Of a DNA stretch of 64,000 nt, positions 33,261 through 44,310 are shown one piece after another. Made by a program: the position numbers and the translations under genes. The stretch comes from an uncultured Hormoscilla sp. GTDB lineage: Bacteria > Cyanobacteriota > Cyanobacteriia > Cyanobacteriales > Desertifilaceae. The DNA is taken from NCBI GenBank assembly GCA_963921275.4, contig OZ001293.3:4576001-4640000 (forward strand), in the 5' to 3' direction. The notes beneath the pieces were generated by a model, which saw only the letters and a program-made list of their open reading frames with translations, was not told the DNA's origin and made no database searches. How positions within the stretch are numbered: the stretch's first letter is position 1; each line of letters starts with the position of its first letter.

Positions 33261-34103
33261 ATGGACAAGCAAACCCTTTATAACCTGGTAGTGGGTGATT
33301 TTTCCTGGATGCGCCTGCTGCGTTTAGCTGCTCTAATCTATGGGACGATCTGCTTGTATGGCGTCTTCTGGTCCGATCGCATAATTTTTAAGCCCCATCC
33401 ATCCAGCTATCGGGACACAGATAAGATTATCAAACTCAACTCAGGCCCTGACGTGCAAATCTCAGCCATTCACCTGCCCAACCCTGCTGCGACCTACACC
33501 ATTCTCTACAGCCACGGGAACGGGGAAGACTTGGGAGACATAGATCCCACCTTGCGAAATTTGCAATCTTTGGGCTTTGCTGTCTTCGCCTACGACTACC
33601 AGGGTTATGGTACTAGCCAGGGAAAACCCTCCGAACGCAACACTTATGCAGATGTTAATGCGGCTTACAACTATCTGACCCAAAGCTTGGGGATTCCTCC
33701 TAGTCAGATTATCGCCTATGGACGTTCTTTAGGTGGAGGTCCGGCCGTTGACTTAGCAGGGCGTCAACCAGTTGCTGGTTTAGTGCTGGAAAACACCTTC
33801 ATCACCACATTTAGAGTCAGAACCCGCATTCCCATTATCCCCTTTGACAAATTTGACAATCTTGGCAAGATTAAAAATGTTCGTTGTCCTGTTCTAGTAA
33901 TTCACGGCACAGCTGACCGAACTATCCCCTTTGCCCATGGACAGAAACTCTATGCAGCTGCTGGGGAACCCAAACGCTTTCTGCGGGTTTTGGGTGCAGG
34001 TCATAACAACCTGCATAGCCTTGCTGGTGAAGATTATGACAAAACAATGCTTGATTTTGCTGGGCTCGTGCGCCAGTCTCATCCTATCGGTGTGACAAAA
34101 TAG
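33261..34103 (+). CDS. Alpha/beta hydrolase (ABHD17/Bem46-like)
   Basis: YSHGNGEDLG, YDYQGYG, GRSLGG nucleophile elbow, HGTAD, GAGHNN. Confidence 0.9.
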   Translation: MDKQTLYNLVVGDFSWMRLLRLAALIYGTICLYGVFWSDRIIFKPHPSSYRDTDKIIKLNSGPDVQISAIHLPNPAATYTILYSHGNGEDLGDIDPTLRNLQSLGFAVFAYDYQGYGTSQGKPSERNTYADVNAAYNYLTQSLGIPPSQIIAYGRSLGGGPAVDLAGRQPVAGLVLENTFITTFRVRTRIPIIPFDKFDNLGKIKNVRCPVLVIHGTADRTIPFAHGQKLYAAAGEPKRFLRVLGAGHNNLHSLAGEDYDKTMLDFAGLVRQSHPIGVTK

Positions 34104-34228
34104 AGCCGGAATTGGTTCGATCTGGACGACTTGGGTTCCAGACACCTCAGCCCCGGTCTGGCACCGGTTAGAATGCAATCGGGGTGTGGTGATTACGATC
34201 GCGATCTTCGAGCGCAGAGGTAAAGGAA

Positions 34229-36523
34229 ATGGCTGTGTATCATAAATTGTCATCTTATATCAGTTCGGCCTTGTCTTTCGCCTCTTTTGGAGGTAGGAAC
34301 CTATGGCAGGTCAGATGTAAGCCAGTAATTTTCATTACTGTGGCAGTCACCAGTTTATTACTGGCCTCCCGAGCACTCAAACTCCTAGAAGCACCAGAAT
34401 TGGCCGCTTACGACAAACTGATCCAGCTGCGTCAGTCCGAAGCCCTAGACGATCGCCTGCTGATCGTTGGGGTCACTGAAGCTGATATCAAGGCACAGCA
34501 GCGCTGGCCGCTGTCGGACGCGACCATAAACCGGGTATTGCAGCAATTGGAAAAGTATCAACCCCGGACGATCGGTTTGGATATATATCGAGATATCCCT
34601 CAGGAACCCGGACGTTCCGATTTACTCAAACATCTACAGACAAGTGAGAAGACTATTGCCATCTGCAAATTCGGTGAAGGTGCTGCTGATCTGGGCATCG
34701 GACCCCCGCCAGGTATGCCAGCAAGTAATCTGGGCTTTAGCGATCTGGCGATCGACGAAGATGGCATTATCCGCCGCAGCCTCCTGGTGGGAGATGGGGA
34801 TCCTGACTCGATTTGTAACACCCACGTCTCTTTTGCCCTGCAACTGGCATGGCATTACCTGGATGCATTGGGAATTAAGTCCCACTTGAAAGAAAATGGC
34901 GATATTATACTCGGTGAGACTAGACTACCGCGCTTAGACAGCCATAGCGGAGGCTATCTGGGAGTTGACGCTGGCGGCTACCAAATCCTGCTGAATTACC
35001 GATCGCCCCGTCAGATGATAAAGCAAGTCACCCTGATGGCAGTCCTCAATGACCAAATTGACCCTAGCTTGGTGCGCGATCGCATTGTCCTGATCGGCGC
35101 GATCGCCCCCAGCGCCAAGGACTCTTTTTATACACCCTACAGCGCTGGCAGGCAAGAAAACCACACCATGCCTGGGGTAGTGGTTCACGCCCAGATCGTC
35201 AGTCAAATCCTGAGTGCGGTTGTGGATGGCCGACCCCTGTTTTGGGTCTGGCCAGAATGGGCAGAAGGTCTTTGGATTTGGGTCTGGTCTTTGGTCGGAG
35301 GCGCGATCGCCTGGAAAATAGCACATCCGGGACGACTGGTAGCAGCTGGAGTTGTAGCAACTGGGACTTTATTGGGTGTCAGCTGGTTGATGTTTATCCA
35401 GGCCGGTTGGGTTCCCCTCGTGGCCCCCACCCTGGCCTTGCTGGCCAGTGGTAGCGGCATCTTTGCCTACAAATCCTACCACACTCAGCAAGAACACCAA
35501 CAAATAGCCGATCGGGTCAAAGAACAGAATCGCAACATCGAACTCCTGCAAACCCTGTTAGAACAACAGACTCAGGTTGATAATCGGGATGAAGCTACTG
35601 AACTGCCTCTGGAAATGGCTACCATCGAACTACTAGAAGATCCTACTATTGGCACCCCCGACAACCTGTTGAGAGGACGCTACCAAATCCTGGAAATTCT
35701 CGGTTGCGGTGGCTTTGCACGCACCTATCTGGCAGCAGATACCCAGCGACCTAATCACCCGCAATGTGTAATCAAGCACTTGATGCTAGCTAGATCCGAT
35801 CGGAAGTTTTTGCAGGTAGCCAGACGCCTCTTCCATACGGAAGCCGAAATATTAGAAGTATTGGGCAAACATAATCAGATTCCTCAATTATTAGCATATT
35901 TTGAAGAAAATCAAGAATTCTATTTAGTAGAAGAGTTGATCTGTGGAAATCATCTCAGCAATGAAATGCCAGCAGAAAAGCCGATACCGGAAAAGCAAGT
36001 AATTGATATTCTCGCTCAATTGCTGGAAATTATTGCCTTTATCCACTCTCATAATGTCATTCATCGGGATATTAAACCGAACAACATTATGAGACGCCAA
36101 GCAGATGGTCGCTTGTGCTTAATTGACTTTGGGGCGGTAAAACTTATGCATCCCCAGTTGGAGTCAACTTCCGAGAAATATACCGTAGCGATCGGCACTA
36201 ATGGTTATGCAGCTCCCGAGCAATTGGCAGGTCAACCCAGGCTCAACAGCGATATATACTCTTTAGGAATGATTGGCATTCAAGCTCTGACAGGCTTAAA
36301 CCCGACCCAGTTACGCCAAGACTCGAATACGGGAACGGTGGTATGGCGTCATCTGGCGGGAGTGGGGCCCCAATTAGCTGCGGTTCTAGATAAAATGGTC
36401 TCCTACCACTTTTCTGACAGATATCAGTCCGCCACAGAAGTGCTGCAAGACCTGAAAAAAATATCGCCAGCCTCCAAAAAGCTTCCACATCTGCGATATC
36501 GTGCTGGAAATCCCCCCACCTGA
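34229..36523 (+). CDS. CHASE2-domain transmembrane Ser/Thr protein kinase
   Basis: CHASE2 (IGLDIYRD, DGIIRR, MPGVVVHAQ), three TM helices, kinase motifs GCGGFA, HRDIKPNN, DFG, APEQ. Confidence 0.93.
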   Translation: MAVYHKLSSYISSALSFASFGGRNLWQVRCKPVIFITVAVTSLLLASRALKLLEAPELAAYDKLIQLRQSEALDDRLLIVGVTEADIKAQQRWPLSDATINRVLQQLEKYQPRTIGLDIYRDIPQEPGRSDLLKHLQTSEKTIAICKFGEGAADLGIGPPPGMPASNLGFSDLAIDEDGIIRRSLLVGDGDPDSICNTHVSFALQLAWHYLDALGIKSHLKENGDIILGETRLPRLDSHSGGYLGVDAGGYQILLNYRSPRQMIKQVTLMAVLNDQIDPSLVRDRIVLIGAIAPSAKDSFYTPYSAGRQENHTMPGVVVHAQIVSQILSAVVDGRPLFWVWPEWAEGLWIWVWSLVGGAIAWKIAHPGRLVAAGVVATGTLLGVSWLMFIQAGWVPLVAPTLALLASGSGIFAYKSYHTQQEHQQIADRVKEQNRNIELLQTLLEQQTQVDNRDEATELPLEMATIELLEDPTIGTPDNLLRGRYQILEILGCGGFARTYLAADTQRPNHPQCVIKHLMLARSDRKFLQVARRLFHTEAEILEVLGKHNQIPQLLAYFEENQEFYLVEELICGNHLSNEMPAEKPIPEKQVIDILAQLLEIIAFIHSHNVIHRDIKPNNIMRRQADGRLCLIDFGAVKLMHPQLESTSEKYTVAIGTNGYAAPEQLAGQPRLNSDIYSLGMIGIQALTGLNPTQLRQDSNTGTVVWRHLAGVGPQLAAVLDKMVSYHFSDRYQSATEVLQDLKKISPASKKLPHLRYRAGNPPT

Positions 36524-36633
36524 TATCATTGATGATTGGCTAATGGCCCCCCCTACCCCCACCCTTTAGGGTGGGGCTACATGCACAAAGCCCGCCTGCG
36601 CGGGCTCATCGGTATCGTACAGATCGTGATTAT

Positions 36634-36696
36634 ACTGACAACTAACAACTGACAACTGACAACTAACAGCTGACAACTGACAACCGACAACTGACA
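36634..36696. repeat. Heptamer STRR array (ACTGACA/ACTAACA)
   Basis: About 9 tandem 7-mers directly upstream of chlI. Confidence 0.75.
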
Positions 36697-36707
36697 TAGG
36701 TAATTTT

Positions 36708-37832
36708 GTGGTGAGCCTGATTGCTGATTTAAAGTCCGCGACGGTAGGAACCCTAGCTAGTCCTACTGTAAATTATGCTACGCGCCGTGCAGTTTTTCCC
36801 TTCACTGCTATAGTGGGGCAAGAAGAGATGAAACTGGCGCTGCTGTTGAACGTGATTGACCCCAAGATCGGAGGGGTGATGATTATGGGCGATCGGGGTA
36901 CTGGCAAGTCTACTACCATCCGGGCCCTCGCAGACCTGTTGCCAGAAATAGAAGTGGTCGCCGATGACCCCTTCAACAGCCATCCGGCGGACCCGGAACT
37001 GATGTCTGATGAAGTCAAGCAGCGGATAGAACAACATGAAGAAATTCCCGTGGTCCGTAAAAAGGTGATGATGGTAGACTTGCCTCTCGGGGCGACAGAG
37101 GATAGAGTCTGCGGTACGATCGATATTGAAAAGGCTCTTTCGGAGGGCGTCAAGGCTTTTGAACCGGGACTGCTGGCCAAAGCAAATCGCGGTATTCTTT
37201 ACGTGGATGAGGTCAACCTCCTGGACGATCATTTAGTTGACGTGCTGCTAGACTCCGCCGCTAGTGGTTGGAATACTGTCGAACGGGAGGGAATTTCCGT
37301 GCGTCACCCGGCCAGTTTCGTGTTGGTGGGTTCTGGTAACCCCGAAGAAGGAGAACTGCGCCCTCAATTGCTCGATCGCTTTGGCATGCACGCGGAGATC
37401 CGGACTGTCAAAGATCCTGCTTTACGAGTGGAAATTGTCGAACAACGATCGGCTTTTGACCAAAATCCCCCGGAATTTATGGAAAAACACCGCGACATCC
37501 AAGCAGAACTGCAAAATCAATTGGTAACTGCTCGGAAACAGTTGCGGTCCGTTGAGATAGATTACGACTTGCGGGTGCAAATCTCCCAAGTTTGCTCTCA
37601 ACTGGATGTGGATGGTTTGCGAGGCGATATTGTCACTAATCGTGCGGCCAAGGCTTTGGCAGCTTTTGAAGGACGCACAGAAGTTACAGTTGATGATATC
37701 GGGCGCGTGGTAACTCTCTGCTTGCGCCACCGACTGCGCAAAGACCCTTTGGAATCAATTGATTCTGGATCTAAGGTGCAAAAGGTCTTTTGCCAGGTGT
37801 TCGACCTAGAAATGCAAGAAAACGACAAGTAG
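36708..37832 (+). CDS. chlI: Magnesium chelatase ATPase subunit I
   Basis: [59 protein letters not shown]. Confidence 0.97.
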   Translation: MVSLIADLKSATVGTLASPTVNYATRRAVFPFTAIVGQEEMKLALLLNVIDPKIGGVMIMGDRGTGKSTTIRALADLLPEIEVVADDPFNSHPADPELMSDEVKQRIEQHEEIPVVRKKVMMVDLPLGATEDRVCGTIDIEKALSEGVKAFEPGLLAKANRGILYVDEVNLLDDHLVDVLLDSAASGWNTVEREGISVRHPASFVLVGSGNPEEGELRPQLLDRFGMHAEIRTVKDPALRVEIVEQRSAFDQNPPEFMEKHRDIQAELQNQLVTARKQLRSVEIDYDLRVQISQVCSQLDVDGLRGDIVTNRAAKALAAFEGRTEVTVDDIGRVVTLCLRHRLRKDPLESIDSGSKVQKVFCQVFDLEMQENDK

Positions 37833-37941
37833 TTGGGATCCCCTCGTTCCCAGGCTCAGCCTGGGAACGAAAATCTAGAGGCAGAGCCTCCAGAAGGTAT
37901 GGGATAGACGAGTTGGGCTATAGATGTGTTATGATAGGATT

Positions 37942-38056
37942 GTGCGATTCGTTCTGACGTAAGCTAGAAATAGCGAAAGTCGGGCCTGGTTTCATTTGCC
38001 AGGTAACTTTGGCATCATGGGGGTTAAATTACCCTCGCCCAGGTATGGGGTTGACA
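37942..38056 (+). mobile_element. Truncated group II intron (5' ~115 nt only) fused to an hsdM fragment
   Basis: GTGCGATTCGTTCTGACGTAAGCTAGAAATAGCGAAAGTCGGG...CATGGGGGTTAAATTACCC aligns with the A1/A2 5' end. Confidence 0.85.
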
Positions 38057-39466
38057 ACGGTACATGGTTTGGATGGACTGATTCAGATCGGAAATACTTT
38101 TTACGATCGCCGGGAAGACTTAATCGGTGGGTGCGATTATGTGATGTCGAACCCTCCGTTTAATGTGGATGCGGTGATTCCCGATCGCATCAAGGATGAC
38201 CCGCGCCTATTTACCCAGAAAAAGATCCCCGGCATTGCCCAAAAAACCGGGGCGGTTAGCAATGCCAACTATCTCTGGATTCAATATTATTACAGCTATC
38301 TGAACGAAAAAGGACGGGCGGGCTTTGTGATGGCCAGTTCCGCTTCTGATGCGGGACATGGTGAAAAGGCAATTCGCCAGGAGATTATTGCTACGGGGGC
38401 GGTGGATGCGATCGTCTCCATTGGCACGAACTTTTTCTATACCCGATCGCTACCTTGTACTCTGTGGTTTTTTGATAAGGGAAAGCCCCAAGACCGCCTG
38501 GATAAAGTGTTGATGATTGATGGGCGGAATATTTACCGGGTCATCAGTCGCAAGCTGCGGGATTTTAGCCCGGAACAGTTGCAAAACCTGACGGCGATCG
38601 CCTGGCTGTATCGGGGGGAAACTGAGAAATATTTAGGCTTGGTGGGATCCTATTTGGAGAAGCTACAGGCTAGCATTGCCCCATTGCCAGCAGCAGTGCA
38701 AGCCATGCAGGAGTCGGTAATGTGGTTGGGGGAAGGGTTGCAGGAGTTCGCGGAGGAGATGGCCCAGCGTCAGAGTCGGGTACAAATTAGTTTATTTGAG
38801 GATGTCCCGGAGGTGGAGATTGACGCCCAGTTGCAAGGGTTGCACTCATTGCTGCAAGAGTTCGCCACGGTGCAAAGTCGATGTCAGACGGACGGGGAAA
38901 CTCTGATGGCTGAGTTGGCAAGGATCTCCATGCCAAGGAAGAAGACTAACGGGGCAATGATTGCCAATGTCCGCAAGTTTGAGCCGTTGATTTCCCGGTT
39001 GAAGGCGTACCGTAAGGAAATCGATGAACTGCACAAGTTACTCACTCGCGGTTTGGAAGTGGTCACCAAGAAGTTAAAGGCAAGTAAGCTGAAAAATTGG
39101 TACAGTCGAGAAATGGGCGATCGGGCCAAACGGCTAGATGGGGAACATGAGGAGGTACGGCATGGGATGAAAACAATCCGCTACTGGTACGACCAGGCCC
39201 ACTGGTTACAGTCGCGGTTCCCAGAGGCGATGTTTGTGGATGTACCGGGATTGTGTAAGGTGGTAACTCGGGGGGAGATTGCCGAACAGGACAGCAGTTT
39301 AACTCCAGGGCGTTATGTGGGGGTTGCACCGGTGATGGATGAGGAGGATGAAGAGGCGTTTGAGGCCCGGATGAAAGCCATTCATCAGGAGTTGGCAGAG
39401 TTGAATGAGGCGGCGGTGGAGTTGGCAGGGGCAATTCAAAGTAATTTTGAGGAGTTAGTGGGATGA
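38057..39466 (+). pseudogene. hsdM: Type I R-M methyltransferase subunit, 5'-truncated
   Basis: VHGLDG..NTFY..MSNPPFN, ANYLWIQ, SLTPGRYVG; the N-terminal half with the SAM-binding DPxxGxG motif is absent. Confidence 0.88.
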
Positions 39467-39633
39467 TATACCCTCGTTCCCAGAGGGTGCATCTACCCTC
39501 GTTCCCAGACTCCGGCTGGGAACGAATTACGCGGAGGCAGAGCCTCCGGTTTCTGCAACAGGAGGCAGAGCTGAGAGCAGTCATTGGCAGGTAGAACCTG
39601 CCAACGAGGTAAAATTTTACATAGTTTAGTTGA

Positions 39634-39809
39634 CAATAGTCCGGACATTTTTTAGACCCCAGAACCACGACATAGCAAGGGTTACGGCAAAAGGCGCATC
39701 ATTTTTTTCAAGGTCAGGCCCAGGGCTAACTTGTAAAAAATGGCTCGCTCTCCCAAAGGCTGACGCTGTAAGGCTTACGGCGTCGTTCCCCAAAGTGTCC
39801 GGAGTATTG
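39634..39809. mobile_element. MITE with 5-bp TSD
   Basis: IRs CAATAGTCCGGACA / TGTCCGGAGTATTG; GTTGA repeated at 39629-39633 and 39810-39814. Confidence 0.75.
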
Positions 39810-39923
39810 GTTGAATTATGCACACCTACTTATGGATGAAAGCTATTCATCAGAAGTTGGTAAAGTTGGATGAGGCGGCGGTGGAATTTGCAAGGACGAA
39901 TATAAGTAATTTCGCGGAGTGCT

Positions 39924-41153
39924 ATGAATTGGGAAACTTCTACATTAGGCTTACTTGGAGATTTTACAAATGGAGTTAATTTTAAGAGTGAGCAAATGGG
40001 ACGAGGTTTACGTATAATTAATGTAAAAGACATTTTTAATAGTGGCATATTTATTGATTTTGAATCCTTAGAGTTGGTTGATTTAGAAAATAGTTCTCGT
40101 ATATCAAATTACTTTGTTAAACAAGGAGATATATTTTTTGTGCGTTCATCTGTTAAACGGGAAGGCATTGGTCTTGTTACAATGGCTCGCCGTTCGGATG
40201 AGCGAACTGTATATTGTGGCTTTGTAATTAGATTTCGACCAAAAAGCAATAATTTAGATTCTTTATTTTTAACCTATCTATTGAGAGCGCCAGAATATAG
40301 AAAAAAGTTGATGAATCTATCGGGTGGTGCTGCAATAACGAACATTTCTCAAACTAATTTAAAAGGATTAGAGGTTCCTTTACCTCCCCTGCCAACGCAA
40401 AAACGAATCGCGGATATCCTCTCAAAATATGACGACTTCATCGACAACAACAACCGCCGCATCGCATTACTAGAGGAGTCTGTACATCTGCTGTATCGAG
40501 AGTGGTTCGTGAGCCTGCGGTTTCCGGGTCACGAGTCCGTGCGCGTTGTGGATGGAGTCCCGGAAGGGTGGGAACAGACAACTATAGGCAATGCTTTTTC
40601 AATTATGGGAGGTGGAACACCATCAAAAAAAGTGTCGGAGTATTGGAGAGACGGAACAATTAATTGGTACTCGCCCACAGATTTAACAAAAACAGGAACA
40701 ATGTTTATGGAAAGGTCATCAATTCAAATAAATGAAACAGGTCTAGCTAAAAGTTCTGCATGTTTATTGCCGCCTTTTTCAGTTATGATGACCAGTCGTG
40801 CGACAATTGGCGTTATTGCAATAAATACAACTAAATGTTGTACGAATCAAGGATTTATAAATTGTATTCCGAACCATCGCATTTCTTTGTATTTTTTATA
40901 TTGCTATCTACATGCTAATGTTGAAAAGACTTTAAGTGTCGCTACTGGTGGTGCTACCTTTAAGGAAATATCAAAAAAAGTATTTAATAAATTTTCAATT
41001 TTGATTCCAGAATTACAAATGAAAAAAAAGTTTGAAGAAAAAGCTAGCATTTTGGGGAATCAAATTCTTAATCTGCAATGTCAAAACCAAAAGCTCAAAG
41101 AAGCCCGCGACTCGCTGTTACCACGCCTAATGAATGGGAGCCTAGAAGTATGA
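39924..41153 (+). CDS. hsdS: Type I R-M specificity subunit (copy 1, intact)
   Basis: TRD1 - PLPPLPTQKRIADILSKYDD..NNRRIALLEE..LYREWF..GVPEGW - TRD2 - ARDSLLPRLMNG. Confidence 0.93.
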   Translation: MNWETSTLGLLGDFTNGVNFKSEQMGRGLRIINVKDIFNSGIFIDFESLELVDLENSSRISNYFVKQGDIFFVRSSVKREGIGLVTMARRSDERTVYCGFVIRFRPKSNNLDSLFLTYLLRAPEYRKKLMNLSGGAAITNISQTNLKGLEVPLPPLPTQKRIADILSKYDDFIDNNNRRIALLEESVHLLYREWFVSLRFPGHESVRVVDGVPEGWEQTTIGNAFSIMGGGTPSKKVSEYWRDGTINWYSPTDLTKTGTMFMERSSIQINETGLAKSSACLLPPFSVMMTSRATIGVIAINTTKCCTNQGFINCIPNHRISLYFLYCYLHANVEKTLSVATGGATFKEISKKVFNKFSILIPELQMKKKFEEKASILGNQILNLQCQNQKLKEARDSLLPRLMNGSLEV

Positions 41154-41437
41154 GCGCCGAATACTCCGATTTTTCCGGAACGGTAGACCAACTCGTACAA
41201 CAAACCACCGCCGATAAATTCCAAGACCTCGGTTGGGAAAGCATTTTTGCCTACAATGAGGAAACCTTGGGCGAAACCGGGGAAGTTCTGCTAAAACGGG
41301 ACCGCCGCCCTAAAAAGCCTCAACTTACGGGAGGCTTTACGGTTGTATGAAACTGTCGTACCAGTAGCGTGATGAAAACGATACTCTACTGGTACAGTCG
41401 CGGTTCCCAGAAGCGATGTTTGTGGATGTTCCGGGAA
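41150..41437 (+). pseudogene. hsdR 5' fragment followed by an hsdM 3' fragment
   Basis: 41150-41310 matches the hsdR start at 45651; ~41370-41437 matches hsdM ~39167-39250. Confidence 0.75.
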
Positions 41438-41899
41438 GCATTAATCGAAAAACTGCCGGACAACTTCAACAGTTATTGAGAGCGCTTCTGCTACTTGCTC
41501 GGCGCTTAAACCGAGGGCTAATAATCGGGGAATTGCCTCTCGTTGTGACTGTTCGGCTTTTTGCGCTCGCGCCCGTTCTTGTTCTGCCCGTCGGCGCTCA
41601 ATTTCGGCCTGTTGGCGTTCTTGTTCGGCCTGTTGGCGTTCCAGTTCGGCCCGTTGGCGCTCTAGTTCGGCCCGTTGGCGCTCTAGTTCGGCTCGCTCAT
41701 TCCCTAGGAGTAACAGATTTCCTCGATCGTCCCACCACCGCATCCACGGCTGATTTTGATTCAGATAGACCCCACGCCATACTCCTAGCTCTACTCCTAA
41801 CTCTGGTATGGGATAATGTCCTCGTTCGTTAGGAATTTGTCGCTGGTAACTCCCTCCTTGCAATTGGTAAAATTCCAAGGTGCCATTCTTGATAATATA

Positions 41900-42911
41900 A
41901 CTCAAGTTGCGACCTATAAAAATTGGATACAAAAAGCTATGATAAAGAGAATTATTTTCAACTCTAATCCCTTAGATGTAACAGCATGAATTGACTTGGG
42001 AAACAAATTGGTGATTCGACTAAAACAGGTTTCAACTTGTTTTCTTGTTACTTTTTGTATATATTCAAAACAAGAATATTCTTTTCTTTTTGAGTTCTTT
42101 TTTCGCAAAGGTTTTAACATTATACTTGACGACTCTTTTAGTAAATCCTCTAATTGATAATCATTATAAGCTTTATCTCCATAAACTATTGAATTTGATG
42201 GTAAGTCAAAGCCAAAAGATTGCAAAACTTTAACATCATTATAACTACCAGGATCTAGATAAAATTCTATTGGCTTTCCATTTTTGTTTACCAACATATG
42301 AACTCTTAATCCATAAAAATAACGTTTTTTACTGGCAATATACCCTCGATATTCTTCCTTGTTATAAATTTGGCATCTATCAATCCTAATATTATCACAT
42401 ACTGGCACCGGGAAACTATCAAGAATATATTCTTGACCCGGATTGAGCTCTTTAAATGTTTGAGCTATAACTTGGAAGAAAAACATCCAAATTGGTTCCT
42501 CAATATTGTGTAATCGACGATTGAACCTACTTTTACTTAACAGATTTTTTATATACTTGTGTTGGACCATAAATTGACAAGAGCGATCGTGGTGTCCTCC
42601 GAAAAAATATGCAGCAACTAATCCGACTGTCATCACTTCGGCATTGTTCATTTTTACTTGTGGATCTTCTTTTATATTTAACGCTTTTAGTAGCTCGTCA
42701 CAAAGAACAAAAATTGTTGTAATCATATCTTCCATCATCTACATCCCCCAGCAATTAACTATTATTTTAGTACATTATAACCTATAAACAGCCAACCCGC
42801 CGTGTAGCACAAAAAAAATATAATTTTGTATCAAAAGCTACGAAATATCCCAAATATCTGTAAAGTCTAAGTGGGTAATTCATATTTTTTTTAATAGGTC
42901 GCAACTTAGGT
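41900..42911 (-). mobile_element. IS982-family insertion sequence (intact)
   Basis: Same IRs as 7037-8046; 7-bp TSD TAATATA (41893-41899, 42912-42918). Confidence 0.92.
41914..42738 (-). CDS. IS982-family transposase
   Basis: 274 aa; ILDSFPVPVC, GYIASKKRYFYGLRVH, GDKAYND, RKQVETCFS. Confidence 0.92.
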   Translation of the reverse strand: MMEDMITTIFVLCDELLKALNIKEDPQVKMNNAEVMTVGLVAAYFFGGHHDRSCQFMVQHKYIKNLLSKSRFNRRLHNIEEPIWMFFFQVIAQTFKELNPGQEYILDSFPVPVCDNIRIDRCQIYNKEEYRGYIASKKRYFYGLRVHMLVNKNGKPIEFYLDPGSYNDVKVLQSFGFDLPSNSIVYGDKAYNDYQLEDLLKESSSIMLKPLRKKNSKRKEYSCFEYIQKVTRKQVETCFSRITNLFPKSIHAVTSKGLELKIILFIIAFCIQFL

Positions 42912-43643
42912 TAATATATATTCCGTAGTACCGAATGCCGATGATTTGCTCGTAAACCCAGAATTTGCCCGGTTTGATGAAGGTTCCATCTTCTTTGAAC
43001 GACATGGGCGTGTTGTCCCGTTCGGGTTTGCCACTGCCACTGGCAAACTCTAAGGCGACTAGGGGTGTTACATGTTCTTTCCAGAGTACATAAGAACGCC
43101 TCAGCTCTCCTGAGAGTCTAGGAGGCACTCCTGGTACCTAAAACCAGTCCGGTGCTTCGGCACCACCTTCTGGCGGATCCGTTTCTTTCCAGTAGATGCC
43201 GCAGTCTTGTCCGATCGCGTATTGTCCGTCCGGATGCAAACGGTCTAATATTGGCAAAATGGAATCTGTGAGAATTATACTCTGGGGGTGTTCCTGGAAA
43301 TTTTTCACAAATGTTCCATCTGATTCGGGCAGTTGGGTGTGATCCGGGAGTCTGAGCGATTGTACTGCATGATATGTTGTCTGGACCATTTTATTTTACT
43401 CAGGTGCTCTCGTAAGTACTTCCATACTATTCTATTCCATCGGGGGCACCGTTCCGGAAAAATCGACGCGGGCTCTGTATCCGGACCGCATTTGCGCGAT
43501 CGCCTACAGCGTAAGCGTGCGCAGCACGATCGGGTTTTACGGGAGGCTTTGGGGTTGTATGACAGCGCGGGATAATTTGACTAGGACATAGGCGCGATGC
43601 ACGCCGGATGATGATTTGACTTGATGGGTAAGGAGTTGGTAGG

Positions 43644-43934
43644 ATGAGAAGGGCCGAGTTATTAGAGTTGTTGCGGGAATATCGCCCCAAGTTACAGCAA
43701 TACGGGGTAAAATCTCTGGCGGTGTTTGGTTCTGTGGCGCGAGATGAGGTTACGCCGACTTCTGATGTGGATTTGTTGGTGGAGTTTGATGGGGTGGTGA
43801 CCTTCGATCGCTATATGGATTTGAAATTTTTACTGGAGGATGGTTTGGGGCGATCGGTGGATTTGGTCAGTGCTAAGATGTTAAAGCCTCTTATCAGAGA
43901 AACCGTGCTTCAGGAGGCGATCGATGTCTCGTAG
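43644..43934 (+). CDS. Minimal nucleotidyltransferase (MNT) antitoxin
   Basis: FGSVARDE..SDVDLLVEF motif, 96 aa. Confidence 0.92.
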   Translation: MRRAELLELLREYRPKLQQYGVKSLAVFGSVARDEVTPTSDVDLLVEFDGVVTFDRYMDLKFLLEDGLGRSVDLVSAKMLKPLIRETVLQEAIDVS

Positions 43935-44292
43935 TTTACGCCTGTATTTTGAATATCTTCTCATCGCCGGTGAAAAGGTGATGCGCTACACAGAAGGGAT
44001 GGAATTTGCCGAGTTTTTGGCAGACGATCGCACGTTTGATGCGGTGGTGCGGAATTTACAGATTATTGGAGAGGCGGTTAAACAAATTCCATTAGAAATG
44101 CGAGAACGCTATTCACAGGTAGAATGGCGCAAAATTGCGGGATTACGGGATGTGTTGGCACATGCTTATTTTAGTTTGGAGGATGAGACAATCTGGAATG
44201 CAGTGGAAACTAAGGTGCCAAAGTTACTCGATGAGGTCAGAGAAATTGTCGAGCGAGAGTTTGGTGGAGTTGATAGTATTGATTCGGAGTAA
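43924..44292 (+). CDS. HEPN (DUF86) toxin
   Basis: AVVRNLQIIGEA and WRKIAGLRDVLAHAYF (R-x4-H); overlaps the MNT gene. Confidence 0.92.
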   Translation: MSRSLRLYFEYLLIAGEKVMRYTEGMEFAEFLADDRTFDAVVRNLQIIGEAVKQIPLEMRERYSQVEWRKIAGLRDVLAHAYFSLEDETIWNAVETKVPKLLDEVREIVEREFGGVDSIDSE

Positions 44293-44310
44293 TTTGGAGA
44301 AATTGGTGGG

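Larger units (their letters stand above)
41441..43389 (-). pseudogene. Uma2 family gene interrupted by IS982 and a nonsense codon
   Basis: LPDHTQLPESDG..APDWF*VPGVPP..RRSYVLWKE..ALEFASG..YYGIY|IS|IIKNG..LGVELGVWRG..WMRWWD. Confidence 0.9.
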
